A stretch of 64,000 nucleotides of DNA from Candidatus Parcubacteria bacterium. Lineage in GTDB: Bacteria; Patescibacteriota; Minisyncoccia; Phycocordibacterales; UBA918. Each line of letters begins with the position of its first letter. Position 1 is the stretch's first letter. Where the stretch lies: NCBI GenBank assembly GCA_021731405.1, contig JAKFXN010000004.1, positions 1,563 through 65,562 on the forward strand. Reading direction: 5' to 3'. The translations under genes and the position numbers were made by a program. Below, piece by piece: positions 1-9,084 of this stretch. The notes beneath the pieces are model-generated. The model did not search any database and was not told the DNA's origin. It saw only the letters and a list, made by a program, of their open reading frames with translations.

Positions 1-2
1 GA

Positions 3-1241
3 GGCACCTTCACCTATGAACTTGAATTTCCCGATACAGGTGTCTTTTGGTATCACCCACATGTACGTGAAGATTACCAGCAGGAACTCGGACTCTACGG
101 TAATTTTGTTGTCGAAGAGCCAGAATACTGGAACGATGTCGATCAAGAGGGATACCTTGTTGTTGATGACGTTCTTGAAAACGGTGATTTTGACAAAGAT
201 GTTGTAACTAATACACTGATGGGTCGTTTTGGGGATGCCCTCCTTATCAATGACTCAGAAAATTTTACGCTCAAAGTAAAACAAGGCGAAGTTACTCGTC
301 TCTTTCTCACAAACGTCGCTAATACTCGCACGTTCGATCTCGCTTTTACAGGTGCAAAGACAAAAGTAGTGGGCGGAGATAATGGTCGCATTGAGAAAGA
401 AGTAATGATTACCGATGTCGTTATTGCTCCATCAGAACGTTACGTACTTGAAGTGTTCTACTCATTGCCGGGTACATACACCATCACGCACCGTGGAAAG
501 AAAATGGGTACGGTCGTTGTTGAGCCAAGTGGCACAAATAGAACAGCAGCATTTGAAGTACTTCGAGATAACTCTGTTGATTACGCCAGTTTACGGGGAG
601 ATATGCAGTCATTACTTGCTCGTACTCCAGACAAACAGCTTCGGCTTGATATCACTATGAAGGGTGACATGGAAAAGATGATGCAAGATATGGAGAGTGG
701 CGAAGGTATGTCCATGTCGATGGGTATGGGTGGAGATGATGAAGCGATGCGCGCCCACTGCCAGATGATGCCAAATATGGCTGGTTGCGAGAAGTATCTT
801 GATTCTACAGAGTCAGAAACTAAGACTGAGAAAGATGACGGTATCGAATGGGAGGAAGGCGACATGGCAATGATGAATAGTATGAGTACTGATGAAAATA
901 TTGAGTGGTTTATAGAAGATGCGGTTACTAAAAAAAGAAATGAGGATATTGATTGGTCCTTCAAGAAGGGCGACCTTGTGAAAATAAGCATCAAGAATGA
1001 TGAAAATGGTATGCACCCAATGCAGCACCCGATTCACTTCCACGGTCAGCGCTTCGTAGTGCTCAGTCGTGACGGTGTAACCAATGACAACCTGCAGTGG
1101 AAAGACACCGTATTGATTCCTCGGGGCCAGACGGTCGATATTCTGGTTGAGATGAGTAATCCTGGCGAATGGATGGCACATTGTCATATTGCTGAACACT
1201 TGGAGTCTGGCATGATGTTCGACTTTACAGTAACTGAATAA
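3..1241 (+). CDS. multicopper oxidase, 5'-partial (open from window start), with a Met-rich insert
   Basis: Frame 3 is open from nt 3 and continuous with the listed ORF 219..1241. It has the WYHPH copper-site motif near the start and C-terminal HCHIAEHLESGMMF (the MCO type-1/trinuclear Cu motif). A Met-rich segment MSMSMGMGG resembles CueO/CopA Met-rich inserts. Confidence 0.8.
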   Translation, partial: GTFTYELEFPDTGVFWYHPHVREDYQQELGLYGNFVVEEPEYWNDVDQEGYLVVDDVLENGDFDKDVVTNTLMGRFGDALLINDSENFTLKVKQGEVTRLFLTNVANTRTFDLAFTGAKTKVVGGDNGRIEKEVMITDVVIAPSERYVLEVFYSLPGTYTITHRGKKMGTVVVEPSGTNRTAAFEVLRDNSVDYASLRGDMQSLLARTPDKQLRLDITMKGDMEKMMQDMESGEGMSMSMGMGGDDEAMRAHCQMMPNMAGCEKYLDSTESETKTEKDDGIEWEEGDMAMMNSMSTDENIEWFIEDAVTKKRNEDIDWSFKKGDLVKISIKNDENGMHPMQHPIHFHGQRFVVLSRDGVTNDNLQWKDTVLIPRGQTVDILVEMSNPGEWMAHCHIAEHLESGMMFDFTVTE

Positions 1242-1252
1242 TCAAATATCGT

Positions 1253-2077
1253 ATGTCTTATAAAAAAATTATGTATGGGTCTGTCCTGGCAGGAATCGTA
1301 GTGGTAAGCGCTGTATCGTTTTGGTCACGAAGAGACACGACTATTCCTGATGCTCCAGCTGGAAATTCCAATACTGTCACCATTAATGACGTGATGAGTA
1401 TTGTCTCTCCGACCACTGACACCGTTACAGAAGTTACGGTGTCAGCTGTCACAATGCCTGAACCTGGCTTTATTGTCGTACGCGAAGTTGATGACACACG
1501 ACTAGGACAAATTGTCGAAATCAGTAGCTACCTTGAAGCTGGTATGCAAACTAATATCACTGTTCCGCTAGGAGACGAACCAAGACCAACCGATAGTCTT
1601 GTGGTCATGGTATACGGAGATGCTAAGAATGACAAAGTCATGAACGACCTCGATCGCCCAGTGCGAACAGTCAGCAATCTCCCGATTGCTTACTATGTAC
1701 AAAGTGGTCAATCCGTTCCCATCGATATTTTAGCTAATGGCTTTCAAGCTGAAGCTATAGCGATGATGGAAATGGGAAAAAGCATGCCGGGCATGGCCAT
1801 GCCGATGGAAACAATCCGCTATACCAATGAAGGCTATGTGCCCGCGAACATAACGGTTAAGGCAGGTACCATGGTGATGTTTGTAAATGAAAGTGATCAA
1901 GATATGTGGGCTGCTTCAAATGGTCATCCGGCTCACACGGATTTGCCAACCTTTGATCAATTTGAGTTTTCACCAAAAGGTAGCCAGTATGTCTACACCT
2001 TCGATCAGGTCGGGTCTTGGAAGTATCATGATCATATTGCACCAATTTATGGCGGAGTTATTACTGTCACTGAATAA
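1253..2077 (+). CDS. membrane-anchored/secreted cupredoxin-like copper protein, Met-rich
   Basis: N-terminal TM helix. The C-terminal segment GHPAH..WKYHDHIAPIYGGVITVTE resembles type-1 Cu ligand spacing. The Met-rich AMMEMGKSMPGMAMPME segment and C-terminal tail resemble the upstream MCO. Confidence 0.5.
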   Translation: MSYKKIMYGSVLAGIVVVSAVSFWSRRDTTIPDAPAGNSNTVTINDVMSIVSPTTDTVTEVTVSAVTMPEPGFIVVREVDDTRLGQIVEISSYLEAGMQTNITVPLGDEPRPTDSLVVMVYGDAKNDKVMNDLDRPVRTVSNLPIAYYVQSGQSVPIDILANGFQAEAIAMMEMGKSMPGMAMPMETIRYTNEGYVPANITVKAGTMVMFVNESDQDMWAASNGHPAHTDLPTFDQFEFSPKGSQYVYTFDQVGSWKYHDHIAPIYGGVITVTE

Positions 2078-2086
2078 TAATTACGT

Positions 2087-2800
2087 ATGTTATTAGGAAT
2101 TAAAAGTACAAAAACGTTACTGTTACGACATCTAGGTGTGGCGATTGCGGGTATCCTTGCGGTCACATTGGTCTGGCAGGTAAATAGCACATGGAGTCCC
2201 GATATGCGACTCTGGAAAGCGTTTGGTGGAGGATCATTCTTTTTGCTCTGGTTTGCGCTATTTATTGGACCTGCCGCTCGGGTCTGGCTACCACTCCAAC
2301 GTTTCGTTTCGTTTCGTCGCGAAGCAGGAGTATGGTTTTTTCTGATTGCAGTGGTGCATTCGTACCTCATTCTTGATGGGTGGGTACGTTGGAGTGTCTG
2401 GGAGTTTTTTGGGTATCAATTTATCCCCGAAACAGAGATGTATATGCGAGTTGAGTCCGGATTTGGTCTCGCGAACTTGGCTGGATTTGTAGCTCTGACG
2501 TTTGCGCTTACTTTGGCGGCGACATCATTTGATCGGGCAATTAACTTTCTAGGTGTGTCATCGTGGAAATGGCTACATTCGTTCTCGTACTTGGTGTTTT
2601 ATCTCAGTGCTATCCACGTCCTGTACTTTGCCTTCATTCACTACACACCATCGCTTTTGCGAGCAGTCTTAGGGCAACCGACGAACTATCCCGATAATCC
2701 GCTCAAGTTTTATTATCTAGCAGCATTTCTAAGTGTGCTCTTGGTGCAAATTATTGCCTTTATTCTGACAGTTCGTAAACAAAGAAATAGTGGTTGGTAA
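2087..2800 (+). CDS. ferric-reductase-like transmembrane domain protein (bis-heme b, MsrQ/FRE-type)
   Basis: About 6 TM helices. Conserved His pairs in TM helices (VVHSYLIL; LHSFSYLVFYLSAIHVLYFAFIH with H-x13-H spacing) are typical of PF01794-type heme ligation. Confidence 0.5.
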   Translation: MLLGIKSTKTLLLRHLGVAIAGILAVTLVWQVNSTWSPDMRLWKAFGGGSFFLLWFALFIGPAARVWLPLQRFVSFRREAGVWFFLIAVVHSYLILDGWVRWSVWEFFGYQFIPETEMYMRVESGFGLANLAGFVALTFALTLAATSFDRAINFLGVSSWKWLHSFSYLVFYLSAIHVLYFAFIHYTPSLLRAVLGQPTNYPDNPLKFYYLAAFLSVLLVQIIAFILTVRKQRNSGW

Positions 2801-2802
2801 GT

Positions 2803-3483
2803 ATGTACTTTGAAACACAAAAAATATCCCATCAGTTGGTTGCAAAGAACACCTACGAGGTCGTCTTCAAACGTCCGAAAGGTTTTGTATTTACCGTTGG
2901 TCAGTATACACAAGTTGCACTTCAGCACCTGATTCATCCAGATCCCAAAGGACGGTCGCGTCAGTTTTCAATTGCAACCTCGCCACTGAATCTTACCCAA
3001 ATCGCAGTCGTGTTTCGTGATACTGGTAGCGGCTTCAAACGGACATTGCTTGAATTACCTGTCGGTTCATTAGTTACCCTAGAACAAGGAGCGGGGAGTT
3101 TTGGTTTGCCTATAGTCCCAACAAAGCCTCTGGTCCTTGTGGCTGGTGGAGTCGGTATTGCACCATTCATTAGTTATATTCGCACGATAGCTGTCACAAC
3201 ACTACCGCAACCTATAACGTTGTTGTATGGTAATCAGCATCCTGAAAGTGCAGCTTATCGGAATGAAATAACTTTGTTTGCAAAAAAGTTTCAACAGTTC
3301 AGACTTGAAGAAATCTACAAGCAACCTACTCCTGCGCTATTCGCAAAATACGCAAACAAATTACATTCGGCAACGTGGTTTGTGGTTGGTCCGCCAGGCA
3401 TGGTAGCGACCACTGTGTATGGACTGGAAGCTGCTGGAGTCCACCCGAACTCGATTATTAAAGAATCATTTGATGGATACTAA
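2803..3483 (+). CDS. FNR-like FAD/NAD(P)-binding oxidoreductase domain protein
   Basis: RQFSIATSP (the RxYS FAD-binding motif), GGVGIAPF (the NAD(P)-binding GGxGxxP motif) and C-terminal VVGPPGM. The reading frame opens with TTG at 2794, overlapping the stop of the upstream gene; the likely ATG is at 2803. Confidence 0.6.
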   Translation: MYFETQKISHQLVAKNTYEVVFKRPKGFVFTVGQYTQVALQHLIHPDPKGRSRQFSIATSPLNLTQIAVVFRDTGSGFKRTLLELPVGSLVTLEQGAGSFGLPIVPTKPLVLVAGGVGIAPFISYIRTIAVTTLPQPITLLYGNQHPESAAYRNEITLFAKKFQQFRLEEIYKQPTPALFAKYANKLHSATWFVVGPPGMVATTVYGLEAAGVHPNSIIKESFDGY

Positions 3484-3591
3484 AATAGTTAAAAAATGTA
3501 ATGTCCAAAATTATTAAACTAATACCATTGTCATAATGTTAACTAACAAAACCGCTCACTATTGTGAGCGGTTTTGTTATACGTACTATCT

Positions 3592-4278
3592 TTATAATCC
3601 AGTCAGCAATTTTTTCATTAGTTGAATCTCCTCAGTCTGTGTTTCAACTATTGCTTTCGATAAATCAGTAATCTCTTTATGTTCAATATACGGCTGGACA
3701 CTTTGCGCCATCATAACTGCTCCCATATGGTGCATGAGCATGTCTTCCAAGAACACCTTATCAAGTGCTGCTCCACTGAGTTTTGATAGGTCCCGCATCA
3801 TTGGTTCATAATCGTTAGGATCAGCAACATACGCTTCTCCATACCATTCCTGATACCAGCCTTTCATCATGGCGATTTCTTTCTCTTGAGCTACAATGAT
3901 GTCTTCCGCTAACTTCTTAATCTCAGGCGTTGAGCCACCACGAGCAATGACTTCTTTGGCAGTATCAACTGCTTCTTGATGGTGTGGAAGCATACCTTCA
4001 AGAAACTCTCGTTCGCTTTTTACCATCATGGCACTGTGATCCATGCCTCCCATCATACCCATACCAGAATTGGATTCGCTGGTTGGAGAGGTTGGATTAC
4101 CCATAAGTGAACCATCGGGCATACGGTGCATACCAGCCGGTACGTCATCTTGAGTATTCATATCCATGTTCATACCCATTGAATTGTCGGTAGACTTGCT
4201 CGTGCCAAAGCTATACGAAACTGCTCCGATGACTAATACTGCTAATCCTATAATTATTGCAACTGATTGATTTTTCAT
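3592..4278 (-). CDS. DUF305-family periplasmic protein (copper-resistance associated), Met-rich
   Basis: Signal/TM N-terminus. Paired HH motifs (LEGMLPHHQEAV; LEDMLMHHMGAVMM) are typical of DUF305. Met-rich MGMNMDM.. region. There is a paralog at 26126..26788. Confidence 0.7.
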   Translation of the reverse strand: MKNQSVAIIIGLAVLVIGAVSYSFGTSKSTDNSMGMNMDMNTQDDVPAGMHRMPDGSLMGNPTSPTSESNSGMGMMGGMDHSAMMVKSEREFLEGMLPHHQEAVDTAKEVIARGGSTPEIKKLAEDIIVAQEKEIAMMKGWYQEWYGEAYVADPNDYEPMMRDLSKLSGAALDKVFLEDMLMHHMGAVMMAQSVQPYIEHKEITDLSKAIVETQTEEIQLMKKLLTGL

Positions 4279-4292
4279 AAATAATTTATTTG

Positions 4293-4841
4293 TTACATGA
4301 CCATCATGGTCATACTATTAAACATCACGAGCATCCAGAGACACATAAGTATCATAAAACTAGCTTCAATAAGCGTGACGGTTGAAAGCGGCAGCTTAAA
4401 ATACGTTCCGAGGCACACACAGTGCAGTGTCTCTTTTTTCATCATTGACTGGATTGCTCCATACAGACTAGCACTGTATATAAAGAGCGTGATGAGTGTT
4501 GCAGGTAGAATAATGATCTGGAGAATAAAGAGAATACCTAAAGTGATTTCAAGAAACGGATACGACTGGGCATAGGCAATACTTCGTTTCGCTAATGGAT
4601 CGTACTTTGCAAATCCATCCGCAAAACCAACGACATCAGTGAGTTTAATGAGTCCAAAAAATACTAGTACCCAGCCCATGAGGTGAGACATATAGTCGGG
4701 ATACATGTGCCATTGTGCACTATATACAGACACTATGGCAGCTACTATATACAGGAGGGCAATCGGCCAATATGACCAGATAGGTACCTTGGCGGTATTA
4801 TGAACTCGTACTTCGTGATGGTTTGTTACTGTATGTTCCAT
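4293..4841 (-). CDS. integral membrane protein with conserved HCVCLGTYFKLP CxC motif (putative metal-handling; DUF4396/MauE-like)
   Basis: 4-5 TM helices. It is about 60% identical to the paralog at 26800..27348, and both sit between csoR and the DUF305 gene. Confidence 0.6.
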   Translation of the reverse strand: MEHTVTNHHEVRVHNTAKVPIWSYWPIALLYIVAAIVSVYSAQWHMYPDYMSHLMGWVLVFFGLIKLTDVVGFADGFAKYDPLAKRSIAYAQSYPFLEITLGILFILQIIILPATLITLFIYSASLYGAIQSMMKKETLHCVCLGTYFKLPLSTVTLIEASFMILMCLWMLVMFNSMTMMVM

Positions 4842-4851
4842 ATGATTAACG

Positions 4852-5187
4852 TTATTTTTCTAAGGTTTTACCTAATGTGTAAAAAGTGACTGCTCCGACT
4901 CCCCACGCAAACGGTAGCCAGAGTGGTATTGGTAATACGCCGGCGTTGCTCCAAACTTGCACTCGATCAATGCTAGTCAGTAATAGTTCGATTGCTAACC
5001 CAAGTGAAAATCCGATAACATATAAGCAGAGAATCACTTTCTCTCTTTTTATATTTCTTAAGATGTAGAGTGAGTACAGTACGACAAGTACTAACGGTAC
5101 ATATTCGTTACCATGGAATAACACCTCAGTTGCAAAGAATACTGCTAGTAGACAGACATACTTAAGTAAAAGAAAAGTTTTGTTCAT
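4852..5187 (-). CDS. small integral membrane protein
   Basis: 111-aa ORF with 3 predicted TM helices, located inside the csoR cassette. No paralog in the second cassette. Confidence 0.45.
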   Translation of the reverse strand: MNKTFLLLKYVCLLAVFFATEVLFHGNEYVPLVLVVLYSLYILRNIKREKVILCLYVIGFSLGLAIELLLTSIDRVQVWSNAGVLPIPLWLPFAWGVGAVTFYTLGKTLEK

Positions 5188-5195
5188 ACCTGCTA

Positions 5196-5462
5196 CTATT
5201 TTCTTTTTAACTGGTAGACTCGCAAAATTTCTTCAGTAGCTTTGGCAGCTTTTCCAACTTTAATTTGGTTCACAACACAGTTACTAAGGTGTTCTTCAAG
5301 TAATACATCTTCAATGTTTGAAAGTGCTTGCTTGATGGCAGAGGTTTGGGTAATGACATCAATACAGTACGTTTCTTTCTCAATCATACCTTGCAAGCCA
5401 CGCACTTGACCTTCGATGATCTTAAGTCGACGAATTAGTTTTTTATGTGATTCTTTCATCAT
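5196..5462 (-). CDS. csoR: CsoR/RcnR-family (DUF156) copper-sensing transcriptional repressor
   Basis: 88 aa, with the C-H-C signature (YCIDV...EEHLSNC). Near-identical paralog at 27350..27616. A palindromic operator lies directly upstream. Confidence 0.8.
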   Translation of the reverse strand: MMKESHKKLIRRLKIIEGQVRGLQGMIEKETYCIDVITQTSAIKQALSNIEDVLLEEHLSNCVVNQIKVGKAAKATEEILRVYQLKRK

Positions 5463-5470
5463 GAGGAATA

Positions 5471-5488
5471 ATACCCCCTTGGGGGTAT
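5471..5488. promoter_or_regulatory. CsoR-type operator palindrome ATACCCCC-TT-GGGGGTAT
   Basis: Perfect 8-2-8 inverted repeat, 9 nt upstream of the csoR start. It resembles the known B. subtilis CsoR operator (TACCC..GGGTA) and is repeated at 7743..7760 and 27625..27642. Confidence 0.55.
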
Positions 5489-5512
5489 TATTGCAACTAT
5501 GATAAACACATA

Positions 5513-7732
5513 CTAATTGTCAGCCGTTAAGTCTTTCTCTACTCGCTTCAGCAGCACTGCGTTAACCGCTACGATAATTGAAGATATGCTCATTAAAAGC
5601 GCAGCGAATTCTGGACGAAGCATAATACCGAAACTCGGATACAAGATTCCACCAGCAACTGGTATAGCTAGAACATTGTAAATTGAAGCCCAGAAAAGAT
5701 TTTGTTTCATTTTTCGAACTGTTGCCTTACTTAAGGTTATTGCCCTAAGAATGTCTAACGGGTCAGATTTCATAAGGACCACTTTTGCTGTTTCAATCGC
5801 TACGTCAGTGCCCGCACCAATTGCGATGCCAACGTCAGCTTGAGCAAGTGCTGGAGCATCATTAACGCCGTCACCAACCATTGCGGTAAATTTTCCTTCT
5901 TTCTGGAGTTTTTTCACATACCCAGCTTTATCTGCAGGCATCACTTCCGCAAATACTCTCTCTATACCAATTTGACTCGCCACTTTATCTGCTGTCGTTT
6001 TGTTGTCGCCGGTGATCATGGCAATTTCAATTCCTAAAGCCTTTAACCGCTCCACAGCTTTTATAGCATTTTGTTTTATTGGATCTTGCGCTCCTATCAC
6101 TGCTTTAATAGCACCGTCGACTGCCAATATCATAATTGTTTCTCCTCTTTCCAAAAACTCATTTATTTTCGGCTCCAAAGTGCTGAGAGTAATGTTATTT
6201 TCTATCATGAGCTTTACGGTACCAATAAGCAGAGATTTTCCATCTACAACAGCTTTTACTCCTAAGCCAGACAGGTTTTCAAATTTATCAACTGATTCTG
6301 GTAGCGTGAGGTCACGTTTTTTAAGCTCCTCAAGTACGGCACCTGCCAACGGGTGAGATGACTTCGCTTCTGCCGCGCCAACAAAGCGAAGCGCCTCACC
6401 TGCATCATATCCATTTATCGTGGCAACATCTGTAATTTTTGGCTTTCCTTCAGTGAGCGTGCCAGTTTTATCGAGAACTATTGCTTGAATCTTTGAGACT
6501 TGTTCAAGTGTTGTTGCGTCTTTAATGAGAATATTATGTCTTGCTCCAATGCCGGTACCGACAGCAACTGCCGTCGGGGTAGCAAGTCCAAGCGCATCTG
6601 GACACGCAATAACAATGGTGGCGATGGTAAAGGAAAGTGCCAAAAGTATCGGCACTCCGACGACAAAATACCAAATAACAAAAACCAAAAGACCAGAACC
6701 TAAAGCACCAATGACTAGGTATTTTGCAAATCTATCAGCAATTCTTTGACCTGGAGCTTTCGAGTTTTGGGCTTCTTCAACGAGGCGAACAATCTGAGCA
6801 AGAGCTGTATCTTTACCAATTTTTGTTGCTTTAAATTTAACAGATCCAGTAGTATTGATTGATCCGCCGATCACCGGATCCCCAGTCTTTTTAGGAGTAG
6901 GGATTGATTCCCCGGTAACTAAAGATTCATCGATAGCAGTTTCTCCTTCTATTATCTCCCCATCAACAGGCACCTTGTCGCCCGGCTTGAGGATAATGAT
7001 GTCTCCAAGCTGGATATCTGAAGTAGAAACCATTACCTCCTTCCCATCTTTAAAAACTCTGGCTTGGGGCGGTACCAGATTGAAAAGTGCCTGAAGAGCG
7101 TCAGTTGTTCCGCGACGAGACTTCATCTCCATCCAGTGTCCGAAGAGAACAAAAGTAATGAGCATGGCGGCCGCTTCGTAGTATGAATCTGTACTGCCAA
7201 TTACAGTAAGTAAAATACTAAAACCATACGCCGCAGTAATACCAACAGCAATGAGCACGGCCATATTGAGGACTCTTTCTTTCAATGCGAAATAGGTCGA
7301 GTACAGAAAAATCCAGCCCGAATAAAAGAATACTGGTGTTGTTAAAATAAAGAGAAGCCACGGGAGTGGCATTGGAGAAGGAAGATTGAGCTTTAGAAAC
7401 TCAGTGCCGAGTGGCGAATACAGAATTATAGGAATCGTGAGTACAAGTGCAAAAAAGAATTTATTTCGAATATCTATCTCCATCAACCGAGCCATCTCAC
7501 GACCCGCAAGTCCTGTATGGTCCATGCCCATAGTCATAGACATACTCATCTTAAATTTCCCCCACATACTCATCTTAGAGGAGTCTCCCATTACATGACC
7601 AGAGTGAGCGCCGTGGTCTATGGTCTTTTCATTCTTTACGAGCATCATCCAGCACTTCGGACATCTGCCAGGTTTGTCTTTTTTCACACCTGGATGCATC
7701 GGACAAGCGTATAGTTTTTTATTGTTTGTCAT
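5513..7732 (-). CDS. copA: Cu(I)-translocating P1B-type ATPase
   Basis: CPC motif in TM6 (IACPDALGLATP), DKTGTLT, GDGVNDAPAL. N-terminal CPMHP...CPKC heavy-metal-binding domain plus a His/Met-rich stretch. The start is set at the Met of MTNNKK because the upstream operator lies inside the longer listed ORF. Confidence 0.9.
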   Translation of the reverse strand: MTNNKKLYACPMHPGVKKDKPGRCPKCWMMLVKNEKTIDHGAHSGHVMGDSSKMSMWGKFKMSMSMTMGMDHTGLAGREMARLMEIDIRNKFFFALVLTIPIILYSPLGTEFLKLNLPSPMPLPWLLFILTTPVFFYSGWIFLYSTYFALKERVLNMAVLIAVGITAAYGFSILLTVIGSTDSYYEAAAMLITFVLFGHWMEMKSRRGTTDALQALFNLVPPQARVFKDGKEVMVSTSDIQLGDIIILKPGDKVPVDGEIIEGETAIDESLVTGESIPTPKKTGDPVIGGSINTTGSVKFKATKIGKDTALAQIVRLVEEAQNSKAPGQRIADRFAKYLVIGALGSGLLVFVIWYFVVGVPILLALSFTIATIVIACPDALGLATPTAVAVGTGIGARHNILIKDATTLEQVSKIQAIVLDKTGTLTEGKPKITDVATINGYDAGEALRFVGAAEAKSSHPLAGAVLEELKKRDLTLPESVDKFENLSGLGVKAVVDGKSLLIGTVKLMIENNITLSTLEPKINEFLERGETIMILAVDGAIKAVIGAQDPIKQNAIKAVERLKALGIEIAMITGDNKTTADKVASQIGIERVFAEVMPADKAGYVKKLQKEGKFTAMVGDGVNDAPALAQADVGIAIGAGTDVAIETAKVVLMKSDPLDILRAITLSKATVRKMKQNLFWASIYNVLAIPVAGGILYPSFGIMLRPEFAALLMSISSIIVAVNAVLLKRVEKDLTADN

Positions 7733-7742
7733 TGTAACAATA

Positions 7743-7760
7743 ATACCCCTGAGGGGGTAT
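7743..7760. promoter_or_regulatory. CsoR-type operator palindrome ATACCCC-TGAG-GGGGTAT upstream of copA
   Basis: 7-4-7 inverted repeat, 11 nt upstream of the proposed copA start. Same half-sites as the csoR operators. Confidence 0.55.
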
Positions 7761-7807
7761 CTATGCAACTTGAATACCAATCTAATGGTACTGTCAGTGC
7801 AAAATAG

Positions 7808-8143
7808 TTATATCTTATTACAGGAGGTCCACCAGCAGTCTAAAGAGTCAGTAATCATATGTAAAAGTAAACCGACAGCAATGACTTGGATATAAAAATT
7901 AGGAACAAACAGAAGTAATGTATATATACAGATTGCAAAATATGAATGAAGAGGATGGAACCCAATACTACAGCGGTTAGGATCAAAAATTGGTCTGGCA
8001 AGTAAATGGTCAAGGTCAACCAACATAGTTCCAATCATTATGGCCCAGGCAAGCTCCCACCGCTCACTAAAAAATATCCAGGCTAGAAACCCGGGAGCTA
8101 AAAAATGTAAACTATAGTGGATGATAGTTTGTAGCTTAGGCAT
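7808..8143 (-). CDS. hypothetical integral membrane protein
   Basis: 111-aa ORF with 3-4 TM helices and no recognisable motifs. Confidence 0.4.
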   Translation of the reverse strand: MPKLQTIIHYSLHFLAPGFLAWIFFSERWELAWAIMIGTMLVDLDHLLARPIFDPNRCSIGFHPLHSYFAICIYTLLLFVPNFYIQVIAVGLLLHMITDSLDCWWTSCNKI

Positions 8144-8196
8144 TAACTTACTATAACAGAACTAGCGCGAGACAAGCGTCTCGTGCTAGCACGATT

Positions 8197-8286
8197 TGGC
8201 GGAGAGAGAGGGATTCGAACCCTCGAGGAGCTTTCACCCCTAACGGTTTTCAAGACCGCCGCCTTCAACCACTCAGCCATCTCTCC
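8197..8286 (-). tRNA. tRNA-Ser(TGA), CCA encoded
   Basis: The reverse complement folds as a cloverleaf: acceptor GGAGAGA/TCTCTCC, anticodon loop CTTGAAA, long variable arm, T-loop GGTTCGAATCC, discriminator G then CCA. A hairpin follows at 8161..8190. Confidence 0.85.
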
Positions 8287-8373
8287 AATATATGTAGGGC
8301 GTCTGCCCGTTAGCAACAGATACTAGCAAATTAGAGGCAAAAAGTACACTAGCGGTGTGATACAATTTTTGTA

Positions 8374-8844
8374 ATGGAACCATTAGCTCGTGCAATTACT
8401 TGGGAAGCCCCAGAACACCATCACTATGAAAAGAGTGGGGATTGGTTCTTTGCGCTAGCAATTGTTATTGTGGCGCTTTCTATTGCCGCTGTTTTGTTTG
8501 GAAATACGCTATTTGCGCTCCTTATTGGCGTCGCAGGAGGGGCTTTAGCTGTCTCCGCAGCCAAGCGGCCCTCCGTAGTGCCCTTTGCCATTACGGTGCG
8601 TGGAATACGTATAGACGATCAACTGTATCCCTATACAACGCTCCGCGCCTATCATATTGATGAGGAAGATGAGTACGGACCTCAGCTCTTGGTGCTTTCA
8701 AAAAAGCGCTTTATGCCCCTCATGGTCGTGCCTTTGCCAAGCGAATACATTGATGATGTAGAAGACATTCTTCGCGACAAATTGCCCGAGCGTTTTCTAC
8801 AAGAACCGCTTTTCATGAAGCTACTGGAAAAATTTGGATTTTAG
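8374..8844 (+). CDS. hypothetical membrane protein
   Basis: 156-aa ORF with two N-terminal TM helices. Confidence 0.45.
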   Translation: MEPLARAITWEAPEHHHYEKSGDWFFALAIVIVALSIAAVLFGNTLFALLIGVAGGALAVSAAKRPSVVPFAITVRGIRIDDQLYPYTTLRAYHIDEEDEYGPQLLVLSKKRFMPLMVVPLPSEYIDDVEDILRDKLPERFLQEPLFMKLLEKFGF

Positions 8845-9012
8845 GGTATGATGCTCTGCGAAGAAAGTCCGAACGTTTGCTCTACTGTCTTCTCGACTAA
8901 GGTTGGGGGAAAGAAGAGTTTGCTCTACTGTCAAAATTTTATATAAAAATTTTGGCGAGAGCTTCATTCAGAACTCAAATAAAAGCAAAAGCTTTTGCTT
9001 GATTCTTCATTC

Positions 9013-9084
9013 GCTCTCGTAGTTTAATGGATAAAATGCTGGTTTGCGGTACCAGCGCTCCAGGTTCGATTCCTGGCGAGAGCA
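9013..9084 (+). tRNA. tRNA-Arg (anticodon read as GCG)
   Basis: Cloverleaf: acceptor GCTCTCG/CGAGAGC, anticodon stem CTGGT/ACCAG with loop TTGCGGT, T-arm CCAGGTTCGATTCCTGG, discriminator A. No CCA encoded. The anticodon assignment is less certain than the fold. Confidence 0.7.

Noticed and set aside
581-1199. Minus-strand ORFs (137 and 128 aa) inside the multicopper oxidase gene
   Set aside because: They lie fully inside a well-supported plus-strand CDS with clear MCO motifs and have no independent support.
2794-2800. Possible frameshift pseudogene joining the ferric-reductase TM domain gene and the FNR-like gene
   Set aside because: Not rejected outright; see the copper redox cluster finding. 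Both products are complete domains with their own start codons, so two genes are annotated. A sequencing frameshift cannot be excluded from sequence alone.
5840-7895. Multiple plus-strand ORFs (60-118 aa) opposite copA
   Set aside because: They are shadow ORFs of a long, motif-rich P-type ATPase gene.
8850-8870. GAAGAAAGTCCGAAC resembling the RNase P RNA P4 box (GGAAAGTCCGGGC)
   Set aside because: Only a 9/12 match. The surrounding 160 nt is far too short for an RNase P RNA and lacks the other conserved regions.
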